A DNA stretch of 50,288 nt from a virus (Duplodnaviria > Caudoviricetes). Shown here piece by piece: positions 35,004 to 43,687 of this stretch. The translations under genes were made by a program, and so were the position numbers. Each line of letters opens with the position of its first letter. The first letter of the stretch is position 1. The notes beneath the pieces were generated by a model. That model was given only the letters and a program-made list of their open reading frames with translations, ran no database searches and had not been told where the DNA came from. The stretch covers positions 1 through 50,288 of the IMG/VR virus record IMGVR_UViG_3300025135_000008; one strand, 5' to 3'.

Positions 35004-38000
35004 TAGGCCAGACCCACGGCACGACGAGCACTTGGATTGTTACGCAAGCGTTTTTGCGCCAGTTCTGCACCACGCGATGCTGCAACTTGTCCAATCTTTT
35101 CAGCCTCTTGTCGCGTAACAAATTCCATGCCATTGATGACTACGGTTTCAAATCGAATCAAGCCATCGCCCGCCATGCTTGCGCTGCCAGTTTCACTTGC
35201 GTTCATCGCCTGGAATGGCACCGTCAAGGCAGAAGTGGCAGCCTGGAATGGCACGTTGCCGCCTTCTTGAGTGGCCGTCGGCTGTGCACCATTGGCAAAT
35301 GGCACGCGCAAAGCTTGGCGCGTAGCTGCTGCAGCAGCAAGCACTTCTGTAGGAACAATTTGCCCAGCTTGGGTCGGAACAAACAACTCAGGGCCGCGTT
35401 CACCAACCAGCGAGGCGCGGCCTACGGGCGGGCGGCCACCGTTGGCGAAGCCTGGCATTGCCGACAAACCTTGGACAATTGCGTTTCCTGCTGCTCCTCC
35501 GCCTGCGCCTCCCCCTGCGCCCGCAGCATCACCCCCTGGGAACAGCTTAACGATTTGATTTAGGAGTGCTAGCCTGATCCACTGCGCAATCATTTTGGCG
35601 GCCATGTCAGCAAAATAATCAGCAAGACTTGAGAAGAAGTTGCGAAGTGCTTCTTTGGCGCTCATGCTACCTGTGATCAAGCCCTTGAACGAGTCTGCAA
35701 ACGCATCACCAATAGCGCCTGCAGCGCTAATAAGTTGATTGACAGGATCAACAAGTTGATCTAAAACTTCTCGCGTTTCCTTGATCGCCTCTTTGACCCG
35801 CTCAAAGTTAGTAGGGTCCGGCGGATCATACAATTCTCTTGCGGCCTCTATAGCCGAAACGCTATCACCACGCAACTGCGCGAGTCGTTCTTCAATTTCT
35901 AAAATTCTTTCTTGAAGGTTGAGCTTTGTCTGCAAATCTTGCGTTAACTCTTGTTGCTGCTGCAGGCTGATCAACTCCCTAGTTAATCCTTGGCCTGAAA
36001 TTTCTACGGCTCTTTCAATCAGATATAGCTGTTCGGCTAGCTGGGGATTGATCCCGTTTTCCATAAATTCTTTAATGCGCCTTTGCTGCCGCACTTGATT
36101 CATGTAGCCAACATTCAAGTCGTCGATTGCCTTAGTTGCATTTTCAATGTTTTGCTTAAAAGCTTGGTTGAGTTCAAATTCAGTCTGAGCGCGTGTCTGC
36201 TCAAGACGCAAGCGAAGTGCTGCAATTTTTAATGCAGTTTCTTCTTGCGGAATCTCTTCAATTTGCGCAAGGCTAATTTGACTGCGGATTTGCAGTAGTT
36301 GTTCTTCACCGCGAAGTCGAATTTGCAGCAAGTTATTGCCTGCGTCTTGTGCATCTCTAATGCGATCCTGAATGCCGCTGAGCTGTTTTTGCAGCTCAAG
36401 CGCAATCATCAATTGCGGCACTTGGCTGGCGCGACCGGCTTTATCTGCGCCTGCTCCGGCGCCTGCAGGGTCGTCAGCGGATGGGAAACGCGCATCAGTC
36501 CTGCCAGGGCCAGTGCCGACCCTGCCAAGCTCCCGCCCAATTATTTTTTGACGTTCTTTCGTAAGATTTAAAGCGCTTTCCGCTGCTTTCAATTCCTCCT
36601 TGGCCGCTCCAAGTTGAATTATTTCACCGGCCCTGTCCCCGGACATAGAACCAGGCGCTGGAAGGGTAAATCTGCCACCAGCGACAGCAGCACTGGCTGC
36701 GCCAAGCTCGCCAACTTCTTTCCTTAAGTCCTCGACTCGTTTTTTGTTTTTAATTATTTCTTCGCCAACATCCTCCATCTGTTGAATTAAAATTGGCCTG
36801 CGTTCTTCGGGAGTGCTAGCTCCACGCATTGCATTGCGAAAATTAACTTCAAGATCATTCGAGTCTCGCTGTATTTCCTCTATTTCATCTCTGGCCGCTC
36901 GCACACGGGCCAAGTCACTGAGCACTTTTGCTACGCCAACAACAGCTACTGTCAATATCAACGGAGCTGCCCATGCCGTTGCAAGTGCAAGAGTCGCAAG
37001 CTTTAGTTTCGTAAGCGCTCCACTTAGCAAGCCCACCTTGGCAGTAGTACCTGTAATTACTACGCCTCCAGCGGTTTTTGCGGCCATCAAGCCAACAAAT
37101 GCTCCCTGTATTCCAGCAATGGCCGCTTTGGCTATATTCAAGCCAGCAAAAAACAAAGCAATTTTTGCCGTAGTTGGACCTATGGCAATTGTCAGATCAG
37201 CGAGCGACTTGGTTACGGTTGCAAGATTTTTGGCAAACTCAACAATTGCTTCTTCGTTTTCAGTAAAAATGCCAATTATTAACTCTTGGAACTCAGCCCC
37301 CAAGGGCTGCAGCTCGCGGCCTATGTTTTCGCGCAGTCGAGCCATTGTCGTAGCAAGGCGATCTCCCGCGGCTTGACTGCTTGACGCAACTTCTTCTGCC
37401 GTGCTGCCGAAACGCTTAATCAGCGCTTCAGTAAATTTCATGAAATCATTCAGGTCTACCTTGCCCTGAGCAAGCATCTTGTCCAGCTCAGGCGTTGTAG
37501 TCCCGATGGCCTGTGCAAACAAATTGAACGCACCAGGCAGTCGGTCGCCAATCTGCCGTCTCAATTCTTCAGCGCTTACCTTGCCCTTGCCAAAGACCTG
37601 AGAAGTAGCCAGCAACGCGCCCTGCAAGTCTTGCAGCGATCCGCCAGTACCCCTGATGCCAGCCGCAATGCCCAAGAACGCACGCTCGGCTGCGTCTACA
37701 TTGCCGCCAGCACCGATAACGCTGGCCGAAAGCTGAGTAAATTGCTTGGTTAAAATGTCTTGCGGAATCGAAAGGCGACGGCTTGTGTTTTCAATGATCT
37801 GCAGTGAGCGATCATATTCAGCAGTTGACCCAACTACGTTCCGCAACGCAATTCGCTGCTTGTCAATTTCAGCGGTAAATTCCGCCATCTCGCCAAGCGA
37901 TTTGCGGATGTTGCCAAGCTGTGCGCCAATAGCCGCACCAGCAAACGCGCCAGGCACCCCGCCAGCTATTGTGCCCGCAACGCCACCAATGGCGCCTTCA

Positions 38001-39238
38001 GGGCCGCCAAAGATGCCGCCACTGATAACAGCGCCAGCAGCCTGTGTCGCGCCCATTGCGCCCATTGGCTTGCGCTGACGGCTTTGGAAACGATCCAACC
38101 GACGTTCAACATTGGCAATCTCTTTTGTGACATCACGAAAGCTTTTGCTGGTTGGGTCAAGCTGATTCCTTAGCGTTTGCCATGCAGATCGCTGACGCTG
38201 CAAACTAGAAATACTGTTATTTGATGCGCCAGTAGCACGCCGAATATCGTCAGCTACTTGCGTGTAGCTGCGACCCATCATTTCAATCTCTCGCGTGACA
38301 TTGGACATGCCAATATCAGTAATGGTCTGGAATAGACCGCTAATGGGCCGCATAGGCCGCTCAATAGTTGGCGCCACCGCGCCACGTGCACGCCCGCGTT
38401 CAATAGAACGACGAATTGCAGCCTGTTCGCGAATTTTTTCGTTTTCTTGCCTTATCGCTTTAAGGTTTTCAATACGCAGCCTGATCTCATCCTTCTGGCT
38501 TCTTCCTGTATCGGCAGTTGCTTCTGCAAGTTCTTTTTGCAGCCGCGACAATTCTTTTGCGGTTTCACCGTAAGCGGTGCTTTCCCGGTCAAGGTTTTGG
38601 AAGTCTTGAGAAAGCTCTGCAATTTTTTGACGCAATGCTGCCAGCGTATTTGGCAGTTCTTGCTGTGGCGTCATTGCGCCAATTAACGGTGCGCCAACTG
38701 CCTGAGCACCGGCAATAACTCGCTGCCGTGACTGAGCGCGACCAAATGCAATTTCGCGAATAGTAATTTCGGTTAGTGCATCGCCGTATGCGCGTGCGCT
38801 AACGCTAAGTTGATTGAGTTGACGATTTAAAGCAGCAAGTTGAATCCTGAACGCTTCTGGCTTGCGAGCGGGGAACTGAGCCGCAATTTGCTTGTCAGTT
38901 TGCTGCGCAGCTCTTCCAACCCCTTCGTAATCTTTTTTTAGAGCCTTAAGCTGATCACTTAAAGCATTAACATCGCCAGCTAATTGCCTGTAAACGTTTC
39001 CGCCAATTGTTGCTTGCGACTGCAGACCCTTGAAGGCATCAATCTGCCCTTGGATCATTTGAATGCTTTGCTTACCTGAGTTAGCAAACTCAAGCACCTC
39101 ATTACGTGCGCTAGCAATCGCCTTATCGGTCGGCCCCAGGGCCTTTTGCAGGTTACGGAAGGACGAGCTGAGCTTGTCGAGGCCCTCCATGCCCTCGATG
39201 CCAAGCTTGACCAGCAGTTCTTCAATCTGCTTTGCCAC
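35003..39238 (-). CDS. tail tape measure protein
   Basis: 1411 aa, helical; QVFGKGKVSAEELRRQIGDRLPGA tape-measure motif; C-terminal FANGG..VGERGPELF. Confidence 0.92.
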   Translation of the reverse strand: MAKQIEELLVKLGIEGMEGLDKLSSSFRNLQKALGPTDKAIASARNEVLEFANSGKQSIQMIQGQIDAFKGLQSQATIGGNVYRQLAGDVNALSDQLKALKKDYEGVGRAAQQTDKQIAAQFPARKPEAFRIQLAALNRQLNQLSVSARAYGDALTEITIREIAFGRAQSRQRVIAGAQAVGAPLIGAMTPQQELPNTLAALRQKIAELSQDFQNLDRESTAYGETAKELSRLQKELAEATADTGRSQKDEIRLRIENLKAIRQENEKIREQAAIRRSIERGRARGAVAPTIERPMRPISGLFQTITDIGMSNVTREIEMMGRSYTQVADDIRRATGASNNSISSLQRQRSAWQTLRNQLDPTSKSFRDVTKEIANVERRLDRFQSRQRKPMGAMGATQAAGAVISGGIFGGPEGAIGGVAGTIAGGVPGAFAGAAIGAQLGNIRKSLGEMAEFTAEIDKQRIALRNVVGSTAEYDRSLQIIENTSRRLSIPQDILTKQFTQLSASVIGAGGNVDAAERAFLGIAAGIRGTGGSLQDLQGALLATSQVFGKGKVSAEELRRQIGDRLPGAFNLFAQAIGTTTPELDKMLAQGKVDLNDFMKFTEALIKRFGSTAEEVASSSQAAGDRLATTMARLRENIGRELQPLGAEFQELIIGIFTENEEAIVEFAKNLATVTKSLADLTIAIGPTTAKIALFFAGLNIAKAAIAGIQGAFVGLMAAKTAGGVVITGTTAKVGLLSGALTKLKLATLALATAWAAPLILTVAVVGVAKVLSDLARVRAARDEIEEIQRDSNDLEVNFRNAMRGASTPEERRPILIQQMEDVGEEIIKNKKRVEDLRKEVGELGAASAAVAGGRFTLPAPGSMSGDRAGEIIQLGAAKEELKAAESALNLTKERQKIIGRELGRVGTGPGRTDARFPSADDPAGAGAGADKAGRASQVPQLMIALELQKQLSGIQDRIRDAQDAGNNLLQIRLRGEEQLLQIRSQISLAQIEEIPQEETALKIAALRLRLEQTRAQTEFELNQAFKQNIENATKAIDDLNVGYMNQVRQQRRIKEFMENGINPQLAEQLYLIERAVEISGQGLTRELISLQQQQELTQDLQTKLNLQERILEIEERLAQLRGDSVSAIEAARELYDPPDPTNFERVKEAIKETREVLDQLVDPVNQLISAAGAIGDAFADSFKGLITGSMSAKEALRNFFSSLADYFADMAAKMIAQWIRLALLNQIVKLFPGGDAAGAGGGAGGGAAGNAIVQGLSAMPGFANGGRPPVGRASLVGERGPELFVPTQAGQIVPTEVLAAAAATRQALRVPFANGAQPTATQEGGNVPFQAATSALTVPFQAMNASETGSASMAGDGLIRFETVVINGMEFVTRQEAEKIGQVAASRGAELAQKRLRNNPSARRAVGLA

Positions 39239-39590
39239 TCTCGCCTCGCTGCTTGTTGATTTCGCTCAGCGCCGCCGCTTCCATCACTTGGATGTCCTCT
39301 AGCATGGCGCGTTTATCTTTCACATCATAAACGTCTAGCAGCCCCCCGGCACCCAGCAGCACCTCGTATTTCAAGCCGACATAGCCGCCCATTGTTACAG
39401 TCCATTGCGTTTGCATCCGCAAGAACATCAACACCGACTCCCAATTCTCTTCCCAGATGGCAAACTCATTGACTTCTGGCTTGGGCTGCTTTGGCATTGT
39501 GATACCAAAAGCAGCCGCGTCATCAGCCGTTTTGTCCTCAACTTGCTGCGCTCCACCCGCCCAGTAGATCGCAGCGCCTTTTAGTTTCCC
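39222..39590 (-). CDS. tail assembly chaperone, frameshifted C-terminal part (gpT-like)
   Basis: The -1 frame from G_GGA_AAC reads KLKGAAIYWAGG...MPKQPKPEVNEFAIWEENW..FLRMQTQW..GLKY...IQVMEAAAL. Confidence 0.75.
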   Translation of the reverse strand, partial: GKLKGAAIYWAGGAQQVEDKTADDAAAFGITMPKQPKPEVNEFAIWEENWESVLMFLRMQTQWTVTMGGYVGLKYEVLLGAGGLLDVYDVKDKRAMLEDIQVMEAAALSEINKQRGESGKAD

Positions 39591-39907
39591 TCCCGTGCTC
39601 CATCAAACGTTTCGGTGTAAGCCTTCAACACACCGCGAATCCAATACGGATCGTCTGCAAATTCTTTCATCATTGCATTGGAAAAAGGCACGGCGTTGCC
39701 CTCTTCGTCTGTAATGCCATCCCAGCCTGCCAAAACTGACTGCAACAGCTCAAGCTCGCCTTTTTCTGCAAGCTTGGCAAATTCCTTTCGGCCCAAGCGC
39801 TTGAACTGAGCATCAAATACGCTGGCTTCAAACGTACCGCCGTCTGCTGGCTCCTCAACGGTGACGGGCCATTTGAACGTCTTAACCTTTTTACGAACAA
39901 ATGCCAT
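39581..39907 (-). CDS. tail assembly chaperone (gpG-like)
   Basis: MAFVRKK...FKWPVTV..GWDGITDEEG..VPFS; between tube and tape measure; ends at a slippery site. Confidence 0.8.
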   Translation of the reverse strand: MAFVRKKVKTFKWPVTVEEPADGGTFEASVFDAQFKRLGRKEFAKLAEKGELELLQSVLAGWDGITDEEGNAVPFSNAMMKEFADDPYWIRGVLKAYTETFDGAREGN

Positions 39908-39954
39908 AACTGAATGGTTGCGCTGGTAACTTTGTGCAGCATAACCCAAAAACG

Positions 39955-39977
39955 AAAAAACCGCCCACTGGGGGCGG
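39955..39977 (-). terminator. rho-independent terminator after the major tail gene
   Basis: CCGCCC-CCAGT-GGGCGG followed by TTTTTT on the - strand. Confidence 0.7.
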
Positions 39978-39999
39978 CAGTGCGATGGCGAAATGCAAC

Positions 40000-41163
40000 T
40001 CAGGCAAAGACCAGCTTAAATTCGTCATTGCCGACAGTGCTTGGCACAGCAGTAAAAGGAACCGACAGCATGTGGATGCCGTCTTGATCTTCGTAGCTGG
40101 GGTCGCCAATGTCCACGCGGGTGGAATACAGCGATACCAAGTTGCCAGCGGCATTGCCATGGATAAACGACAGGTCGCCCAGCGTTCCGTCAGACAGGGC
40201 TGCCGTGAAGTAGTCCTTGTCAGCAATCGTTGGAGCTTCAATTACGCTAGTACCGGTGGTGGCACGATCAGTAATCAGTACCTGCTTGGCACAGGAAATC
40301 AACTCGCGATAAATAATTGAGTTGCCCACGTCCAGGCTTACCGATTGCATACAACCGGTGTAGCTCAGCAGGCTGAACGCACCAGTGTTGCCGTTTTTAA
40401 AGATCAGCGGGGTTGCCTGATCTGCATAAGTGACAGCAGGAGCGGCAGTGTCAGTTGGCGGATTGTAAATCCCGGTCATCGTAAAATCAATCGTGGGAAT
40501 TTCGCCCACATTCCCATTGAGCGTAAACGTGCCACGGCAACCCGTCAGCCGGTGCAGCACTCCATCAATGTTGTAGTGGATGGTGACAGAGCTGAAAGCA
40601 GCGCTGACCGGAGTGTAGATCGTTTGAAGGCCAATGCTGTAAGCACTGGTGGCGTCAAACGTGGTGCTACCAGCAAGCGGACGCAAGGTCGCAACCTTGG
40701 TAGAGCCGACATAGGCAGTAATCAAAGCGATGGCGCCGCTGCCCAGGCCACCAGTGATGCGAATGATCTGGCCTACATAAAAACCGTCAACGGCGCTAGC
40801 AGTCCCTTCCAAGGTAATGCTGTTGGCTCCACCAGCAGTTGCGGTGCCGGTCACGGCAGGGGTGATGCCAGTCTCTGCAAGCCCGCAAGCCTTCAGAACT
40901 GAGCTGTAGCGCGGAGCGGTGCCAGCGGTGCCAGAACCGGCCATCTCTACGCTGAAAGTGCATTCAACGCGAGTATTAGCAAGGAGTTGCTCTGAGGCGC
41001 CCAAATATGGACGAATCAAGTCGCGGCTAACAACATCACTCTGCAGCGGAGTGATGCTTAGATCGCGAACCAAAATTGCATCAGCAGCGCCAGGGCTCGG
41101 GTCAGTCCCGTACTGGGCTTCCGTCTCCGCCAAAATCAGGCGTTTGCGTGTCAGAAGTGGCAT
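40000..41163 (-). CDS. major tail tube protein
   Basis: E..YGTDP, RDLIRPYLG, FSVEMAGSGTAGTAP, GCRGTFTL..GEIP..FTMTG; followed by a terminator and the chaperones. Confidence 0.85.
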   Translation of the reverse strand: MPLLTRKRLILAETEAQYGTDPSPGAADAILVRDLSITPLQSDVVSRDLIRPYLGASEQLLANTRVECTFSVEMAGSGTAGTAPRYSSVLKACGLAETGITPAVTGTATAGGANSITLEGTASAVDGFYVGQIIRITGGLGSGAIALITAYVGSTKVATLRPLAGSTTFDATSAYSIGLQTIYTPVSAAFSSVTIHYNIDGVLHRLTGCRGTFTLNGNVGEIPTIDFTMTGIYNPPTDTAAPAVTYADQATPLIFKNGNTGAFSLLSYTGCMQSVSLDVGNSIIYRELISCAKQVLITDRATTGTSVIEAPTIADKDYFTAALSDGTLGDLSFIHGNAAGNLVSLYSTRVDIGDPSYEDQDGIHMLSVPFTAVPSTVGNDEFKLVFA

Positions 41164-41344
41164 CGAAAGTTACCTCTTGGGTTTCAAATTGCCCCGCCAT
41201 TTCCGGGGGGAGGGTGCGCTGCACAAGGGTGCGAACGCCGGTTTCAGGATTGAGGATGTACGAGCCACCCTGTCCTTGGTACGCATCTACAACAATAGGC
41301 TCAGAGGCTTGATACTCTTGCGGCCTACGACGACGTGAAGTCAT
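41102..41344 (-). CDS. hypothetical protein
   Basis: GQGGSYILNPETGVRTL; between tail terminator and tube genes. Confidence 0.55.
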   Translation of the reverse strand: MTSRRRRPQEYQASEPIVVDAYQGQGGSYILNPETGVRTLVQRTLPPEMAGQFETQEVTFDATSDTQTPDFGGDGSPVRD

Positions 41345-41766
41345 TGGGTTAGGTCTTCAACTTTCGTGCGGTAAAGCACGTCGTACTCACATGAGATTAC
41401 TCCAGCAGGCTGATCAGCCTCGACAAAATTGTAGGTCTCCTGCGCTGGCCGAATATCAATCGCAATTCCGCCCAGTGTTAGGTCAGCCATTAAGCGGCTG
41501 TGCATGTCAACAATTGTTGCGTCTGCCACTTGGTCAGGCGTTGCAGCGCGAACAATGACCACAACGCGAACCCTAAGCGTTGAATCCAGCTTCGGCAAGC
41601 TTGTGTTTTGCTGGTAAGTAACCGTTACAGGCTCCACCACAATGGCCGGTGTCTCGCTTCTGGCCATCGGCTCCACCCGGCTTCGATAGACGCGGTTACC
41701 AGCCCCTACAGTGCCCTGCAGGGCGGCGTAGATGGCGACAAGCACCTGTTCTCGTTTACTGGCCAT
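41341..41766 (-). CDS. tail terminator protein (gpU-like)
   Basis: KREQVL..I..AL, RVYRSR, LMADLTLGG, YDVLYRT. Confidence 0.7.
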   Translation of the reverse strand: MASKREQVLVAIYAALQGTVGAGNRVYRSRVEPMARSETPAIVVEPVTVTYQQNTSLPKLDSTLRVRVVVIVRAATPDQVADATIVDMHSRLMADLTLGGIAIDIRPAQETYNFVEADQPAGVISCEYDVLYRTKVEDLTQ

Positions 41767-41905
41767 TTATGCAGCCTGGAGGCCCAGGGTCGTGTCCACC
41801 GTTCAGTATCGCAACAGCTCGACGATAAAAGTAACAATTGGTCTTTCCAGCAAGTTCCAGCGCTTCTTTTATCTTGGCCCAGTTCTGACGAGTCTGAGAG
41901 TCCAC
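41756..41905 (-). CDS. small conserved phage protein, 49 aa
   Basis: Manual translation MDSQTRQNWAKIKEALELAGKTNCYFYRRAVAILNGGHDP...; GTG start; fills the gap. Not in the ORF track. Confidence 0.6.
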   Translation of the reverse strand: MDSQTRQNWAKIKEALELAGKTNCYFYRRAVAILNGGHDPGPPGCINGQ

Positions 41906-41907
41906 TA

Positions 41908-42528
41908 CTACAGCACCTCGCTGGCAAGCAACCTGCCGCGCCTAAAACTGATGTTACCGCTGCCGGAATGATTTGCAATAAACAACGACACCTCGTCATT
42001 ATTTGCAACGCTGATCATCCAGCTTGTGACCAGCTTGGCCTCTTCAGTGCCAGTGCCAGTAAATGCTCGGCACTCGGTTTCGTCAATTGCGACGCCGTTG
42101 TAAGCGAGCTTGACGCCTAGCGTTTGGTTATTGCCCGTAACGGTTCGCGCATCAATACTGCCAAAAAATCGCAATAATTTAGTGACGCCGCTTGTGTTTT
42201 TAAGGCCAAAAGCGTTAACTGTGGCAAGCACCATGCCATTGGCGGTGTTGGCATCAAAAGTTGCGGTTAAACCAGTAGTGACGTACGCGCCTTGGCTGGC
42301 GATGTCAATAGTGCCAGTGTCCATCTTGCTGGCTTGGCCGCGCACCATCGGTGCGCTAGACCCGCTAAACGCATAAGACAATGCATTCCAGGCCGAAGCG
42401 CTGTTGCCCACCTTGCATCTAAGCGTGTCCGTTTCAATGCCAATCTCGCCAATCAGCAATACAGGATTGGCCGCTACCCAAGCCGCCGCTGTATCACGCC
42501 GTAACTGAATCCGAGCAATGCTGCTCAT
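41908..42528 (-). CDS. virion fibre/appendage protein with Mtd_N/hyaluronidase-N-like domain
   Basis: IQLRRDTAAAWVAANPVLLIGEIGIETDT..KVG....WNAL.Y. Confidence 0.7.
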   Translation of the reverse strand: MSSIARIQLRRDTAAAWVAANPVLLIGEIGIETDTLRCKVGNSASAWNALSYAFSGSSAPMVRGQASKMDTGTIDIASQGAYVTTGLTATFDANTANGMVLATVNAFGLKNTSGVTKLLRFFGSIDARTVTGNNQTLGVKLAYNGVAIDETECRAFTGTGTEEAKLVTSWMISVANNDEVSLFIANHSGSGNISFRRGRLLASEVL

Positions 42529-42962
42529 GCCCCGCCACCATCAAGTACGTTCCCTTCAGCGTAATCGGTACTTGCGCCACCACCGTCAACGCCAGAGTCA
42601 AGCTGTGCGACATACGCCTCGCCTGGCTGGCCGTCTGCGCCATTTGCGTCAAACGGCGTTGCAGTTACTTGATACGTCGTTTCAAGAGAGCGCTGCAGCA
42701 TTATTTCAACAAAGCGACCGTCATCAATAAACTGCACATTCCGAACCGTATACCCCGCCCCATTCACCAACACTTGAGAGCCGTGCGATAAATCACCGAA
42801 ATCAGACGCCTTCGCGGTGACCTTGTAATCCGTGGTCAGCACCACCCCATCGGCCACGATCTCGCTTGGCATGTCAAAAATGCCAATGCCCGTAACGCCG
42901 CCTGCTATTACGGTAACGCCAAAGTCAGCGAGAAATACGTCAAGATTTTCAGCGAAAGCCAT
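42525..42962 (-). CDS. head-tail joining protein (FII-like)
   Basis: FLADFGV...GIFDMP...YTVR...DDG.F; position after head genes. Confidence 0.65.
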   Translation of the reverse strand: MAFAENLDVFLADFGVTVIAGGVTGIGIFDMPSEIVADGVVLTTDYKVTAKASDFGDLSHGSQVLVNGAGYTVRNVQFIDDGRFVEIMLQRSLETTYQVTATPFDANGADGQPGEAYVAQLDSGVDGGGASTDYAEGNVLDGGGA

Positions 42963-42977
42963 AATTTATTATGCGTG

Positions 42978-43007
42978 AAACCCCGCCCAGCGTATTGCCA
43001 GGCGGGG
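42978..43007 (-). terminator. putative terminator after the capsid genes
   Basis: CCCCGCCTGGC-AATAC-GCTGGGCGGGG (11-bp stem including G-U pairs) followed by TTTC. Confidence 0.55.
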
Positions 43008-43025
43008 CAGTGCAATTTAATGGAA

Positions 43026-43439
43026 TCAGCCGTACTTCTTAGCAGCTACAGCGTTGACGCTATAGGTATGGCTAGAAGTACCAGTGACGGCAGACACAGC
43101 TTTTACAAAACGCTTGGCAGCGCCCTTAGGGAACACCAAAAACTGCTTAGAAGCAGAAGTGCTCACTTCGGCAAATGTCACAGCGCCAGAGGCTTGCTCG
43201 ACGCCACCACGGCTAAACACAGTGGTAATGTCGCCGTAAGTGCCACCCGAAGTGTCAGACGATTGCAGCTTTACGGTCACAGTTGAAGTGCCGCCAGCGG
43301 CAACATCAAGAATGGCCACTACATCGCCTTCGTAATCTTTGAGATCAACAGCAGTGCCGTTAAGGGCAACTTCGCGAAGAGCAGTAGGCGCAAACGCCAA
43401 TTGAGACAGTTTTTCGAGACCGGTAGAAAGAATGGCCAT
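43026..43439 (-). CDS. putative capsid decoration/cement protein
   Basis: 137 aa, beta-rich (GTAVDL, VKLQSSD, KRFVKA); in the capsid operon ahead of a terminator. Confidence 0.6.
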   Translation of the reverse strand: MAILSTGLEKLSQLAFAPTALREVALNGTAVDLKDYEGDVVAILDVAAGGTSTVTVKLQSSDTSGGTYGDITTVFSRGGVEQASGAVTFAEVSTSASKQFLVFPKGAAKRFVKAVSAVTGTSSHTYSVNAVAAKKYG

Positions 43440-43442
43440 GGC

Positions 43443-43682
43443 TTACTCCTTGGAGGTGCGGGTTTGACGGGTACGACGAACCTGCGAAACAGGCTCAGAA
43501 GTGGGCTTAGGTGCAAATTCAATCTTACAGGCTGGCTCAGGTTCAACCTCGACTGCAGTTGAAACCACAGCTTTGTTTGAACTGATCAGCAAGCGTGCAT
43601 CGTTTGCATCTATATCAAGAATGGAGCCTGCCGTGACAGGCTCTCCCTTGATCATTGCGCCTCGCGTAATTTCAACTTTCAT
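43443..43682 (-). CDS. hypothetical head-associated protein
   Basis: G...AG.I.D....DARLLI..KA pattern common right after capsid genes. Confidence 0.55.
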   Translation of the reverse strand: MKVEITRGAMIKGEPVTAGSILDIDANDARLLISSNKAVVSTAVEVEPEPACKIEFAPKPTSEPVSQVRRTRQTRTSKE

Positions 43683-43687
43683 GATTA

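Noticed and set aside
41908-42528. Diversity-generating retroelement suggested by the Mtd_N-like domain
   Set aside because: No reverse transcriptase and no template/variable repeat pair seen.
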